Source: Gemmatimonadota bacterium
Lineage (GTDB): Bacteria; Gemmatimonadota; Gemmatimonadetes; Palauibacterales; Palauibacteraceae
NCBI GenBank assembly: GCA_965116475.1
Contig: OZ220691.1
Location: 768,001-832,000 of the forward strand
Direction of reading: 5' to 3'
Length of the DNA stretch: 64,000 nucleotides
The notes beneath the pieces were generated by a model. The model made no database searches and was not told the DNA's origin. It saw only the letters and a program-made list of their open reading frames with translations. Made by a program: the position numbers and the translations under genes. Shown piece after piece: positions 1-9,448 of the stretch (its first letter is position 1; each line of letters starts with the position of its first letter).

Positions 1-1848
1 CGTGTCGGCGCCGTCGGCCGTGCCGGCCGCGCCCGTCCCGCTGGAGGCGAAGATGACGGCTCCTTCCGGCGGGCCGTCCGCCGGTCCGCCGGACCACGGC
101 CGGGGACGGGCGTCGGCGACGACCAGCCGCGGATCCACCTGCACGCCATCGGCCGCGAGCGCCGCCCTGAGGGTCGCCTGGCTGGTGGGCGCCGCGATCG
201 CGCCCCCGTAGTACACGCCCCCCTTCGGGTCTTCGAGTCGCGTGAGGATGACGATCCTCGGGTCGTCCGCCGGCGCGAACCCGATGAAGGAGGCGCGGTA
301 GCGTCCGGGTGCGTAACGGCCGTTCACCGCGAGGCGGGCCGTGCCCGTCTTCCCGGCCACCGCGAACTGCGCCATGCTCGCGAGCGTGCCCGTACCCTCC
401 CGTACGACCTCCTCCAGCACGCCGCGCACCGCCGCCGCCACCTCCTCGGATATGACGCGCCGCACGGGACTGGGGTCGAAGCGCTGCACGAGGCGCCCCA
501 ACGGGTCGCGTATCTCCCGGACGAGCCGCGGCCGCATCAGCACGCCGCCGTTCGCGATGGCGCCGTAGGCAATGGCGAGCTGCAGCGACGTGGCGGAGAT
601 CTCGTACCCGATCGCGTGCGAAGCGGGGCTGAGCGAGGTCCACGACTCCGGCCGGCTGAGGCGTCCCGGCGACTCGGACAGATACCCCAGCTGCGTGCGC
701 ATGCCGAAACCGAAGTCCCGCAGGTAGCGGTGCTGAACCGCGGGCGTCAGACGGGCGGACAGCTTCGCGGCCCCCACGTTGCTCGACTTGGAGATGATCC
801 CGCGCACGCTGAGCGTGTCGTAACCGTGGACGTCCGAGATCACCCTCGAGCCGATCCGCAGCCGGCCGTCCTCCACATCCACGATCTCTTCCAGATCGAC
901 GACACCCTCGCTGAGGAGGGACGCGAGCAGGAACGGCTTCAGCGTGGAGCCGGGTTCGTACGGATCGCCCAGGCCCGAAATCTGGTCGGCCGCCCCGTCG
1001 GCGCGTTCGCTCGCGAGCGCGAGAATCTCGCCGGTACGCGGGTCGAGAAGGACGATGTCGCCCCCGCCCGCCCCCGTCTTCGCGATCGCGCGCGCGAGCT
1101 CGTTCTCGGCGATCCGCTGCAGTTCGGCGTCGAGCGTGAGCACGACATCGTGGCCGGGCACCGCCTCGACGACCTGACCGCCGGGCGGGCGGTACGCGTT
1201 GCGATGGCCGTCGAGCCGGACCTCCGCACGGCCGGGCTCGCCGACCAGCCAGCTGTCGAGGTCGGCTTCGAGGCCCGTTCCGCCCCGGCCATCGGACCCC
1301 ACGGCGCCGATGAGACGCCGGCCCATGCTGCGGGGGTATTCCCTCGCCGACCGGCTCTCGAAGTAGATGCCCCGTCCGATCGTCCGCTGCAGCCGTACAC
1401 GCTCTTCGTCACTCACGTCGCTCGCGACGAGAGACCAGCCGCCCGCGGCCTCCGCTACGGCGCTCCGCCGCTCCGCCCCGACGGGGACGACCGAGGCGAC
1501 GGCCTCGATGGCCTCGGCCCGGTCCACGCGCAGTTCGTCCACGGCGAGGAAAGCCTGGTATCGCGTGTCCGGCGCCGCGAGGACGCGGCCGTGGCGATCC
1601 AGAATCCGCCCGCGCACCGCGGGCAGCAGTTCCCACTCCGCGCTCTGCGCGACCTGTCTCGCGCGGTGCGCTTCGCTCTCGAGGATCTGGAGGTCGCCCA
1701 GGCGCACGGCATAGGCCAGCGCAACGACGGTGAACGCGATGCCCAGCGCGCGATGCCGGATGCGCTGCGTACGTGCGAGCGCCGCCTCCTGCGCATCGCC
1801 CGCCGCGCCTTCGAGCTGCGTCGTGCTGTGAATGCCGAAACGCGTCAC
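1..1848 (-). CDS. ftsI: Penicillin-binding protein FtsI/PBP3 (3' end beyond window edge)
   Basis: Not in ORF track because it has no stop in the window. Manual translation from GTG 1848 (GTGA overlap with the ftsL stop) gives an N-terminal TM segment, RGRILDRHG, YEPGSTLK (SxxK) and VAGKTGT (KTG); follows mraZ-rsmH-ftsL. Confidence 0.93.
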   Translation of the reverse strand, partial: MTRFGIHSTTQLEGAAGDAQEAALARTQRIRHRALGIAFTVVALAYAVRLGDLQILESEAHRARQVAQSAEWELLPAVRGRILDRHGRVLAAPDTRYQAFLAVDELRVDRAEAIEAVASVVPVGAERRSAVAEAAGGWSLVASDVSDEERVRLQRTIGRGIYFESRSAREYPRSMGRRLIGAVGSDGRGGTGLEADLDSWLVGEPGRAEVRLDGHRNAYRPPGGQVVEAVPGHDVVLTLDAELQRIAENELARAIAKTGAGGGDIVLLDPRTGEILALASERADGAADQISGLGDPYEPGSTLKPFLLASLLSEGVVDLEEIVDVEDGRLRIGSRVISDVHGYDTLSVRGIISKSSNVGAAKLSARLTPAVQHRYLRDFGFGMRTQLGYLSESPGRLSRPESWTSLSPASHAIGYEISATSLQLAIAYGAIANGGVLMRPRLVREIRDPLGRLVQRFDPSPVRRVISEEVAAAVRGVLEEVVREGTGTLASMAQFAVAGKTGTARLAVNGRYAPGRYRASFIGFAPADDPRIVILTRLEDPKGGVYYGGAIAAPTSQATLRAALAADGVQVDPRLVVADARPRPWSGGPADGPPEGAVIFASSGTGAAGTADGADT

Positions 1849-2231
1849 CCGTCCCCTCCCCTGTCGGAGACCTCCGTCTCCTCTTCATCCGGCGCATATC
1901 CGGCGTCGACTCCGGCGTCGACCTGCAGCAGCTGCTCTTCGCCGGCCCGCTGCAGCCCGAGCGCCTCCGCCGCGAGTTCTATGCGCGCCGGCGCCGCGAG
2001 CGAATCGACGCTCGTCCGCGCCGCGTCGATCCGGTCCGTGACGATCCGGTCCTCCGCTTCGAGGCCGCGAAGCTCGGCCATCAGCCTCCGCCCTTCCTCG
2101 CCCCGGCGGACCACGCTCACCAGCGAAGCCGCCAGCGCGAGGACTGCCGCCGCGGCCGTCATCCACCGTACCAGGGTCCTGCGGCGGACCCTCCGTACGC
2201 TCCCGCTCCGTTGGTTCACGCGCTGGTTCAT
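1845..2231 (-). CDS. ftsL: Cell division protein FtsL-like
   Basis: ATG 2231 overlaps the rsmH stop (ATGA); basic N-terminus, one TM helix, coiled coil ending LAAPARIELAAEALGL; lies between rsmH and ftsI. Confidence 0.8.
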   Translation of the reverse strand: MNQRVNQRSGSVRRVRRRTLVRWMTAAAAVLALAASLVSVVRRGEEGRRLMAELRGLEAEDRIVTDRIDAARTSVDSLAAPARIELAAEALGLQRAGEEQLLQVDAGVDAGYAPDEEETEVSDRGGDG

Positions 2232-3202
2232 GCGCCGCCCGCCCGCTCGTCCGTCCCGCGCTTCTCCCACACTCGGAGTCGCGCGCTGCGCGCCCGCGAA
2301 TTCCGGGCCACCTCCTCGGCCGAGGGGCGCAGGGGCCGGCGCGTCAGCGTCCGCCCCAGCGACGTTCCCCGACACCGGCACTCCGGGAGACCCGGAGGAC
2401 AAAGGCAGTCGGCGGACCAGCTTCGGAACGCGTCCTTCACCAACCGGTCTTCGAGCGAGTGGTACGAGAGCACCGTCAACCGCCCGCCCGGAGCGAGCCG
2501 GCCTCGTATCCCTTCGAGACCCTCGCTCAGCGCCGCCAGCTCGTCGTTGACCGCGATCCGGAGCGCCTGGAACAGCCTGGCCTTCTGCTTCTCCTGCGCC
2601 GAACGACCCAGCACCGCCGACAGCGCGGCCACGAGGTCGTCGCTCGTGCTGAAGGGCCGGATCTTCCTCCTCCGCACCACCTCACGTGAGAGCGTCCGCC
2701 ACCTACGCTCTTCCCCATCGCGGAAGACCCGGCCCAACTCGCGTTCGTCCGCCCGATTCAACAACTCGGCCGCGGACCCTGTCTCGCGCGCTGTCTTGTC
2801 CATCCGATCGTCCATCCGCATTCGCAGCGGCGTGCCCGGACGGAACGAAAACCCGCGCTCCTTCGTGTCGATCTGGTGCGACGAGACGCCCAGGTCCATC
2901 AGCGCTCCCGTCAGACCGTCCATCTCGGCGGCGAACTCCGGACGAGCCACGTCCCTGAAGTTCGCCTGTATCAGCTTCACCCGTTCGCCCGCCGAGGCGA
3001 GCCGCCGCTTCGCGGCCTCGATCGCCTCCGCATCCTGATCGATCCCGATCACGCGCACGGCCGATCCAGCCTCCAGCAGCCGGATCGCATGCCCCGCACC
3101 GCCGACCGTCGCATCCAGGAAAACGCCTCCACACTCCGGGCGAAGCCACCGCAGCACCTCATCCGGCATAACCGGCGTGTGCCGAAACGTCTCCTCTGTC
3201 AC
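2228..3202 (-). CDS. rsmH: 16S rRNA m4C1402 methyltransferase
   Basis: HTPVM, DATVGGAGH, DLGVSSHQID, RGFSF, LFQALRIAVNDEL, SYHSLEDRLVK, NSRARSARLR motifs; GTG 3202 chosen as start. Confidence 0.96.
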   Translation of the reverse strand: MTEETFRHTPVMPDEVLRWLRPECGGVFLDATVGGAGHAIRLLEAGSAVRVIGIDQDAEAIEAAKRRLASAGERVKLIQANFRDVARPEFAAEMDGLTGALMDLGVSSHQIDTKERGFSFRPGTPLRMRMDDRMDKTARETGSAAELLNRADERELGRVFRDGEERRWRTLSREVVRRRKIRPFSTSDDLVAALSAVLGRSAQEKQKARLFQALRIAVNDELAALSEGLEGIRGRLAPGGRLTVLSYHSLEDRLVKDAFRSWSADCLCPPGLPECRCRGTSLGRTLTRRPLRPSAEEVARNSRARSARLRVWEKRGTDERAGGA

Positions 3203-3251
3203 TCCGTCGGCTTCCTCGACTCCCCCCACCGTGCCGCGATCGGAAAACCCA

Positions 3252-3683
3252 TCAGGCGAACACCGTCTCTATCAATCGATCGAAGTCCTCGTCCGTCGCA
3301 CTCGTCACGCGCTCGAACGTCTCCGGCTTCCAGATCTGGACGTGGTTGATCGCGCCCACGACCAGAGCCTCGCTTCCGAGCGCGACCGCCTTTCTCATCC
3401 TCTCCGGGACCAGGATCCTTCCCTGCGCGTCCGGCGAGACCTGAACGGCGTCCGCCGTGACACGAAGCACCTGGGGGCGAAAGCGCGGTTCCCGTCTCGA
3501 CATCTCCCGGAGTTCGTCCTGCACGTCTGCCCAGGCCTCTTCCGGATAGAGCGAAAGCGCGTCGGGTTGTGTTTGGAGGAGGACGAACGGCTCCCGCTCC
3601 CGGCCCCTTCGAAAAGGCGCCGGCAGGCTGACCCGACCCTGCGCGTCGAGTTGATGTCGATAACTCCCCAGAAACCCTGGCAA
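3252..3683 (-). CDS. mraZ: Transcriptional repressor MraZ
   Basis: FLGSYRHQLDAQGRVSLPAPFR and second repeat DAQGRILVP..VGAINHVQIW; TTG 3683 likely start. Confidence 0.95.
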   Translation of the reverse strand: MPGFLGSYRHQLDAQGRVSLPAPFRRGREREPFVLLQTQPDALSLYPEEAWADVQDELREMSRREPRFRPQVLRVTADAVQVSPDAQGRILVPERMRKAVALGSEALVVGAINHVQIWKPETFERVTSATDEDFDRLIETVFA

Positions 3684-3716
3684 ATCGTGCCTTCGACATT
3701 CTTCAAGGGTGTCCCT

Positions 3717-3803
3717 CCCAGAACGACCCGTTTCCACCCACCGGATCCCACCTTACACACACTAGTGATGGGTGTCAACCCCTTTTCTCCCCATTCTTCC
3801 CCA
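3717..3803 (-). promoter_or_regulatory. MraZ operator boxes
   Basis: (T)GGG cores at exact 10-bp period: plus-strand CCC at 3717, 3727, 3737, 3747 and CCCC at 3779, 3789, 3799, flanking the promoter; matches the known MraZ direct-repeat architecture. Confidence 0.8.
3750..3778 (-). promoter_or_regulatory. sigma70-type promoter of the dcw operon
   Basis: TTGACA (3778-3773), 17-nt spacer ending TGTG (extended -10), TAAGGT (3755-3750). Confidence 0.8.
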
Positions 3804-3813
3804 TCGCGAGGAC

Positions 3814-3852
3814 AAAAAAAAGAAACCCGACCCGCAGCGAAGCGGGTCGGGT
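3814..3852 (-). terminator. Intrinsic terminator after TPR gene
   Basis: ACCCGACCCGC/GCGGGTCGGGT stem followed by TTC and T8 on the minus strand. Confidence 0.9.
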
Positions 3853-3862
3853 CCCCCGGAAA

Positions 3863-5656
3863 TCATCGGCTGCAGGACGCCTCGATAATCGACTCCTGCC
3901 GGTACAGCTGGATATCGATCGACTCGCGGATCTGCTGCTGGCTCCCGGCCTGGTAGCTTCCCGCCTGTCCCAGGTGGCCACTCACGCGCTGAAAGGCGTT
4001 GAGCGCGCTGCGCGCCGGCGCGCACGCCTCGTCGGCCTCGTTCCGGCTATCGTACGCGCTTCCCTGCAGGTAGTAGCCGAACGCGCTGAAGAAGTGAATC
4101 TGCTCCGCCGTGGCCGGATCCTGGACGAACTCCGAGGCGACGGCGAACAGTTCGAGCGCCGTGGCGATCTCGCCCACATCGATGGAGGCCGGGTTCGACT
4201 GCGCGGCGCCGGACTGGGCCTCGAAGTAATTCGCGTACGACAGGCTGAAGATCGCCTGGGCGATCTGATTCGCGTCCGCCCCGTTCTCCACGGCGGCACG
4301 GAAATCGGCGATCGCCCCCTCGACGTCGCCGGTCTTCAGCTTGAGCTGCGCGAGGCGCTGCCGTCCGTTGGGCACGTTCGGGTTGTACGCGAGCGCCTGC
4401 TCCAGCTCCGCCACGCCCATCTCAGGATTCTCCATTCGATCGTGGATCGTGGCGCGAGAGGAGTGCACCTGGGCGAGCAGGTCCTCGCGGGACATCTCGC
4501 CTTCGCCGCTGCCGTCGGAACTCGAAATCGCCTCGAGCGCCTGATCCGAGAACGCCAGCGCGTCGGCGTACTCCTCGAGGAGCATGTACGCGTTCGTCGC
4601 GTTGGAGAGCGTCGAGGGGTTCACGGCGTCGCCCTGCAGCTCCACGAGCTTGCCCGAAGCATCGACGGCGACGCGAACCATGGCGGGATCGGTGACGGCC
4701 CCATCGGTCTGTCCGGCCTGCAGGGCCACGGCCGTCAGGTACTCGAGCAGACCCACGTTGTCCGGCGCGCGCTCCACCCCGTCCTGGAGGAGCTGCACCG
4801 TCTCGGTCCAGCGCTCGGCCTGCGTGAGCTCGTAGGCGATCCGCAGCCGCGTGTCCACGTCGTCCGGCCGGAAGTCGAGAAACCGCTGGTAGTAGCGCAG
4901 CGACGCGGCGCCGTCGCCCAGCTGCGCGTACGTGAACGCGAGGGATTCCAGGGCGTCGGTGTCCGACGGGTTGTTGTCGACAACGCGCTGCAGGTCCGCG
5001 GCGGCATCGCCCCACGCCTCGTTGAGCATGTGCGCGCGGCCGCGCAGGTAGTGTGCCCGGTCGCTGGCCGGGTTGAGCGCCAGGGCCGCGTTGCAGTTGG
5101 AGATCGCGTCCATGGGCTGTTCGGAGGCGAGGTAGTCGCCGCAGAACGCGAGCGAACGGAGGTACTCGACGCCCTGCCCGAGCTGTCCCATGATCTGGGT
5201 GCCCGCCTCCTCGTGGGAGTCGTCGTCTGCCACCGTGAACGCCACCATCGGGAGTTGGTCCCCGCTGTTGGGCTCGAGGAAGATGACATCGACCTCAACC
5301 CCGCCGGCGACCTCGACCGCCGTCCCGACCATGACGAGGGCGGCGTTCATCTGCATCCCCAACTGCTGCCACTCGATGCGGGTCATCGTTCGCTCATCGA
5401 GATCGTAATCGTCGATCAGGTCGCGGGCATCGTCGCGGTCGATGGCGATGTAGCCGGGGAAGATCTGGAGCCCATCCCGGATTTCTTCGGCGATGCGCTC
5501 CCCGAAACGGCGGTCGACCGGCTCGGTCACCGCGACGGGGGCGACCAGGATCAGCAGGTCGCTCGTCTGCGCTTCGAGCGCCCGCGGCGCCGCCGGAAGG
5601 GAGAGGACGGCGACCCCGGCCGCCACCCACGGGAGAATGTTCCGCGTGCTTCTCAT
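3863..5656 (-). CDS. Secreted tetratricopeptide-repeat protein with N-terminal CsgG/TolB-N-like domain
   Basis: Signal peptide (ALEA-Q); TPR-like repeats (ALALNPASDRAHYLRG, VVDNNPSDTDALESLA, ALAYNPNVPNGRQRLA); acidic composition. Confidence 0.8.
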   Translation of the reverse strand: MRSTRNILPWVAAGVAVLSLPAAPRALEAQTSDLLILVAPVAVTEPVDRRFGERIAEEIRDGLQIFPGYIAIDRDDARDLIDDYDLDERTMTRIEWQQLGMQMNAALVMVGTAVEVAGGVEVDVIFLEPNSGDQLPMVAFTVADDDSHEEAGTQIMGQLGQGVEYLRSLAFCGDYLASEQPMDAISNCNAALALNPASDRAHYLRGRAHMLNEAWGDAAADLQRVVDNNPSDTDALESLAFTYAQLGDGAASLRYYQRFLDFRPDDVDTRLRIAYELTQAERWTETVQLLQDGVERAPDNVGLLEYLTAVALQAGQTDGAVTDPAMVRVAVDASGKLVELQGDAVNPSTLSNATNAYMLLEEYADALAFSDQALEAISSSDGSGEGEMSREDLLAQVHSSRATIHDRMENPEMGVAELEQALAYNPNVPNGRQRLAQLKLKTGDVEGAIADFRAAVENGADANQIAQAIFSLSYANYFEAQSGAAQSNPASIDVGEIATALELFAVASEFVQDPATAEQIHFFSAFGYYLQGSAYDSRNEADEACAPARSALNAFQRVSGHLGQAGSYQAGSQQQIRESIDIQLYRQESIIEASCSR

Positions 5657-5811
5657 GGAGTACCTCGGACCGTTCGTGCAACAGACGGCGCACGGATCAC
5701 AGGGCCGCGCGCCACGCCAACACCGGTATCACTTCGAAACAAGGGGCTCAAGGTCGATTAATGCAAGCTGCCGCCGTGCGCAAGTCGCACGCCACGGCCA
5801 CGCTCCGCCGA

Positions 5812-6279
5812 TCACTGCGCCAGCTTCTCACGCACACATCCCGTGAAGCGGTTGAACATAACATTCGAGACCGATTGAATCACGCCGCCGCGCCCGAACG
5901 ACGCGAGCCGCCCCGTCAGCGCGATGGACTGCGACACCCATATCCGGGTCCCGCCGCCACCCTCCTCTTCTACAGACTGGAGATGGCTCAACATCGTCAT
6001 TCTCACGTTGCCGCTGCCCCGCCGATCCCGCCCCTCCCCCGTCATCTTCATGTGGTGGCGCCGCGCGTCGAGTTCGTCGAAGCGGATCTCGCCCAGGAAG
6101 CGCGTCCCGATGGGGCCGAGCTTCAGCCCGATCTCGCCCCGGTACGTGCGCTCGTCGACCGCTTCGAGGAGCGTCGCCCCCGGCAGGCACTCGACGATGC
6201 GCTCGGGATCCGTCAGAAAGCTCCAGACCTCGTCCACGGACTGCGGGACATCGAAACTCTTTTCTATCTCGATCGCCAT
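5812..6279 (-). CDS. SRPBCC/CoxG family protein
   Basis: VWSFLTDPERIVECLPGA, LTGRLASFGRGGVI; ATG 6279 with GAGGA RBS. Confidence 0.88.
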   Translation of the reverse strand: MAIEIEKSFDVPQSVDEVWSFLTDPERIVECLPGATLLEAVDERTYRGEIGLKLGPIGTRFLGEIRFDELDARRHHMKMTGEGRDRRGSGNVRMTMLSHLQSVEEEGGGGTRIWVSQSIALTGRLASFGRGGVIQSVSNVMFNRFTGCVREKLAQ

Positions 6280-6467
6280 CTTCGATCCTCGGGGGTTGGC
6301 GTGTGCCACGGAGTGGAGCCGGACGGGGACGGATCACCGATCGGCGGGCCGCGTCGGGCGTTGTCTCCGGGGGAGCGGTTATATTGCCGGGAGCGGCTCT
6401 ACCGCGGATCGGCTTCCACCGGAAGCTGAGACGGCCGCGTCGCACCCGCAACCGGGAGGTCGCCGCC

Positions 6468-7352
6468 TTGCAACCCGACATCGCGAAGATCATCGAGGAG
6501 CTCGAAGCGGCGGGCTACATCGCCGACCGGGGGATCGCGACGGCGGTCCATCTCGGCCTCGCCATGGAGAAGCCCCTCCTCGTCGAGGGGGCCGCCGGCG
6601 TGGGCAAGACCGAGATCGCCAAGGCGGTCGCCACCTGGCTCGGAGCGGAGCTCATTCGCCTCCAGTGCTACGAGGGGCTCGACCTTCCCACGGCCCTGTA
6701 CGAGTGGAACTACCAGAAGCAGCTCCTCCACATCCGCCTGCAGGACGGCGGCGGCGATGCGGAGGCGGTGCAGCGCACGATCTTCGGGCCGGACTTCCTT
6801 CTCGAGCGGCCGCTCCTGCGCGCGATTCGCTGCGAGGCGCGGCCGGTCCTTCTCATCGACGAGGTGGACCGGGCGGACGAGGAGTTCGAGGCCTTCCTGC
6901 TCGAGTTGCTGTCGGACTTCCAGGTCTCGATCCCGGAACTGGGCACGGTCGAGGCCCGGACGCGACCGGTCGTCGTGCTCACCTCGAACGGGACGCGCGA
7001 GCTGTCGGACGCGCTGCGGCGGCGCTGCCTCTACCTGTGGATCGACTATCCCGATGCGGCGCGGGAGGTCGAGATCCTGCGGCGGCGGCGCCCGGACATC
7101 GCCGCCGCCCGGGCGCGGGAGGCGGTGAAGCTGGCGCAGCGGCTGCGGCGCGAGCGGCTCGCGAAGCCCCCCGGCGTCGCGGAGACGCTGGATTTCGCGG
7201 CGGCCCTCGAACACCTGGGACCGGAGCCGCTGCGTGCGGCGGCCGCGCGCGACGCGATCGGGGCGCTCGTGAAGGACCCGAACGACCTTGCCGGGCTCAC
7301 GGAGGAGCGGCTGGGCGAACTGCTCGCCTCGGCGGGGGACGGGGGGAGTTGA
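6468..7352 (+). CDS. MoxR-family AAA+ ATPase (CoxD-like)
   Basis: GAAGVGKT Walker A, RLQCYEGLD, LLIDEVDRADEEFEAFLLE, ELSDALRRRC; TTG 6468 after GGAGGT. Confidence 0.92.
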   Translation: MQPDIAKIIEELEAAGYIADRGIATAVHLGLAMEKPLLVEGAAGVGKTEIAKAVATWLGAELIRLQCYEGLDLPTALYEWNYQKQLLHIRLQDGGGDAEAVQRTIFGPDFLLERPLLRAIRCEARPVLLIDEVDRADEEFEAFLLELLSDFQVSIPELGTVEARTRPVVVLTSNGTRELSDALRRRCLYLWIDYPDAAREVEILRRRRPDIAAARAREAVKLAQRLRRERLAKPPGVAETLDFAAALEHLGPEPLRAAAARDAIGALVKDPNDLAGLTEERLGELLASAGDGGS

Positions 7353-8509
7353 CACCGGAGCGCACCCCGGAGCGCACCCCTGAGCGCATCGTCGACCTGG
7401 GCCGCCGACTGCGCGGCGAAGGATTGGCCTGCGCGCTCTCCGAGTCCACGGCGGCCGCCGCGGCGCTTCCGCACCTCGATACGGAGGACGTGGAGGACGT
7501 CAGAGCGGGCCTCCGCGCGACATTCTGCTCGAGCGCCGCCGATCTCGAGATCTTCGAGCGCTGCTTCCTCGCGTGGTGGCGGGAGGGGCGGCCGTCCTCC
7601 GCCGTCGACGACCTCCTGTCGAAGGCCGCGGCGGACCGGGGAGACCGGCCCGCGGCCGGCGCGCCTTCCGGACCGGACGGGCTCGCGGCGGCGCACGGCG
7701 ACTTCGGAGCGCAAGAGCACGACGAGGCGGACGCCCGGGAACACCCGATCGGCGCCGTGTACAGCGCCGCCCACTCGCTCGCACGGCGCTCCTTCGCCTC
7801 GATCGGCGACGAGGAACTGCGCGAGGTCGACGCGTGGCTCGAACGGCTGATGGTGCGGCTGTCCTCGCGACGCAGCCGCCGACTCGAACCGGGCGGCCGG
7901 CGTGGGCCGATCGACGTGCGGAAGACGCTGCGGTCGCTCGTCGCCCACGAGGGCGAACTCGTCCGCCTGGCGCGGCGGCGGCGACGGCACGTGCCGCCGC
8001 AACTCGTCGTCCTCTGCGACGTGAGCGGCTCGATGGAGCGCTACAGCCGCTTCCTCCTCCGTTTCCTCCTGGGATGCGGGCGCGCGCGAGACATCCAGAC
8101 GTTCGCGTTCAGCACGCGGCTCACGCACCTCACGCCCTGGCTGGCCGGCGAAGAGATCGATCCCGCGCTGGACCGCCTGCGGGCCCGCGGCTGGTCGAGC
8201 GGCACGCGGATCGGCGAGTGCCTGGAGACTTTCGTGACCCGGCACGGCCAGCGGATGCTCGGCCGGCGGACGCTCGTCATCATCCTCTCCGACGGACTCG
8301 ACCAGGGCGAAGTCGAACCCCTCCGGCGCGCCATGGGCTGGATTCAGAGGCGCGCGCGGCGCGTGATCTGGTTGAATCCCCTGCTCGAGAGTTCGCGCTA
8401 CGCGCCCGAAGCCCGGGGCATGCGCACCGCGCTCCCGTACGTGGACTACTTCCAGTCGGGACACAGCCTCGAAGCGCTGAGAACGCTCCCGGGGCTGCTC
8501 AGATTGTGA
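7349..8509 (+). CDS. VWA-domain protein (CoxE-like)
   Basis: DVSGSM MIDAS, FAFSTRLT, SGTRIG, ILSDGLD, IWLNPL; TTGA overlap with the ATPase stop. Confidence 0.9.
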   Translation: MTPERTPERTPERIVDLGRRLRGEGLACALSESTAAAAALPHLDTEDVEDVRAGLRATFCSSAADLEIFERCFLAWWREGRPSSAVDDLLSKAAADRGDRPAAGAPSGPDGLAAAHGDFGAQEHDEADAREHPIGAVYSAAHSLARRSFASIGDEELREVDAWLERLMVRLSSRRSRRLEPGGRRGPIDVRKTLRSLVAHEGELVRLARRRRRHVPPQLVVLCDVSGSMERYSRFLLRFLLGCGRARDIQTFAFSTRLTHLTPWLAGEEIDPALDRLRARGWSSGTRIGECLETFVTRHGQRMLGRRTLVIILSDGLDQGEVEPLRRAMGWIQRRARRVIWLNPLLESSRYAPEARGMRTALPYVDYFQSGHSLEALRTLPGLLRL

Positions 8510-8548
8510 CTGGAGAAGGAAGGGACGGAGTTGGAAGGCGGTCGCGAA

Positions 8549-8574
8549 CGGGACCCGGGCGATTCCGGGTCCCG
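8549..8574. terminator. Hairpin between convergent VWA and HU genes
   Basis: Perfect 10-bp stem CGGGACCCGG/CCGGGTCCCG with 6-nt loop; weak U-tract. Confidence 0.55.
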
Positions 8575-8587
8575 CCGCGCCATCGTG

Positions 8588-8881
8588 CTAGGCTCGAACG
8601 CGATCCTTGAGCCCCTTGCCCGCCTTGAACGTGGGGACGTTCATGGCCGCGATCTGAATCGACTCGCCGGTCTGCGGGTTCCGGCCCATGCGCGCCTTGC
8701 GGTGCCGGGTTCCGAACGTGCCGAAGCCGGTGACCGTGAAGTCGCGGCCGGCGTCAAGCTCGCCTGCAATGATGCCCGTGCCGGGATCCGTCGAGAAAAT
8801 GCAGTCGATCACATCCCGCGCGCTCGCTTTGCTCAAGCCGGCCTGCGAGGCGAGCTTCGCCGCGAAATCGTCTTTGGTCAT
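8588..8881 (-). CDS. hup: HU-family DNA-binding protein
   Basis: GFGTF, RKARMGRNPQTGE, PTFKAGKGLKDRV. Confidence 0.95.
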   Translation of the reverse strand: MTKDDFAAKLASQAGLSKASARDVIDCIFSTDPGTGIIAGELDAGRDFTVTGFGTFGTRHRKARMGRNPQTGESIQIAAMNVPTFKAGKGLKDRVRA

Positions 8882-8993
8882 CCTGGGTTCTCCCTGTTGA
8901 AAGTAAGCTCCGACGAGCGATCCGGGCGCATAATTCGTGCACCATGACCGGATTGCAAGTGTGGCGCGGGATTTCGCCCGCGGAAGGGTGCGG

Positions 8994-9314
8994 CTAGTGG
9001 GCGTCCGCCGAGAAGATTTTCCGTGTCATCGTGACGCCCACGAGCTTGAAAACCACGTTCCCGATCCGGCCGAGCAGCATCGTGGGCAGGGCCGCCGGCA
9101 CGACGAGTCCCCACACGGTGCTCATGAATCCGCTCTCTCCGCCGAGGCCGCCGAGGGCCAGCCGCAGCACCGAGAAGATGCAGAGGAACACGACGAGATT
9201 CAGCAGGAGCCCCAGCGCCTGGCGGCCGGGCGAGCCGGTCTCCGCGTCGTAGACGCCGCCGAAGAAGACCGCAGCCACAAGCCAGAAGATGCAGGTTGCG
9301 TAGAGCCAGTCCAT
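8994..9314 (-). CDS. Small hypothetical membrane protein (about 3 TM)
   Basis: ATG 9314 after GGAGG; hydrophobic segments; no family recognised. Confidence 0.65.
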   Translation of the reverse strand: MDWLYATCIFWLVAAVFFGGVYDAETGSPGRQALGLLLNLVVFLCIFSVLRLALGGLGGESGFMSTVWGLVVPAALPTMLLGRIGNVVFKLVGVTMTRKIFSADAH

Positions 9315-9448
9315 CAATGGTGCCTCCGTGTCGGGAACGCGGGTCGGATCGGGGACGGGGGAACATACATGGCCTCCGGCGATCCTCGAAAGTAGCTTGC
9401 CCCCGCGGCTTTCGAACGCGGCTTCGTACGCTCCCCGGAGAGGGTTAC

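Noticed and set aside
616..2550. 644-aa plus-strand ORF
   Set aside because: Antisense shadow of ftsI/ftsL/rsmH; the real gene is on the minus strand and was missed by the track because it runs off the window.
5924..7348. N-terminal 475 aa of the 861-aa ORF (apparent large VWA fusion)
   Set aside because: Overlaps coxG and the MoxR gene in other frames; VWA gene better starts at TTG 7349.
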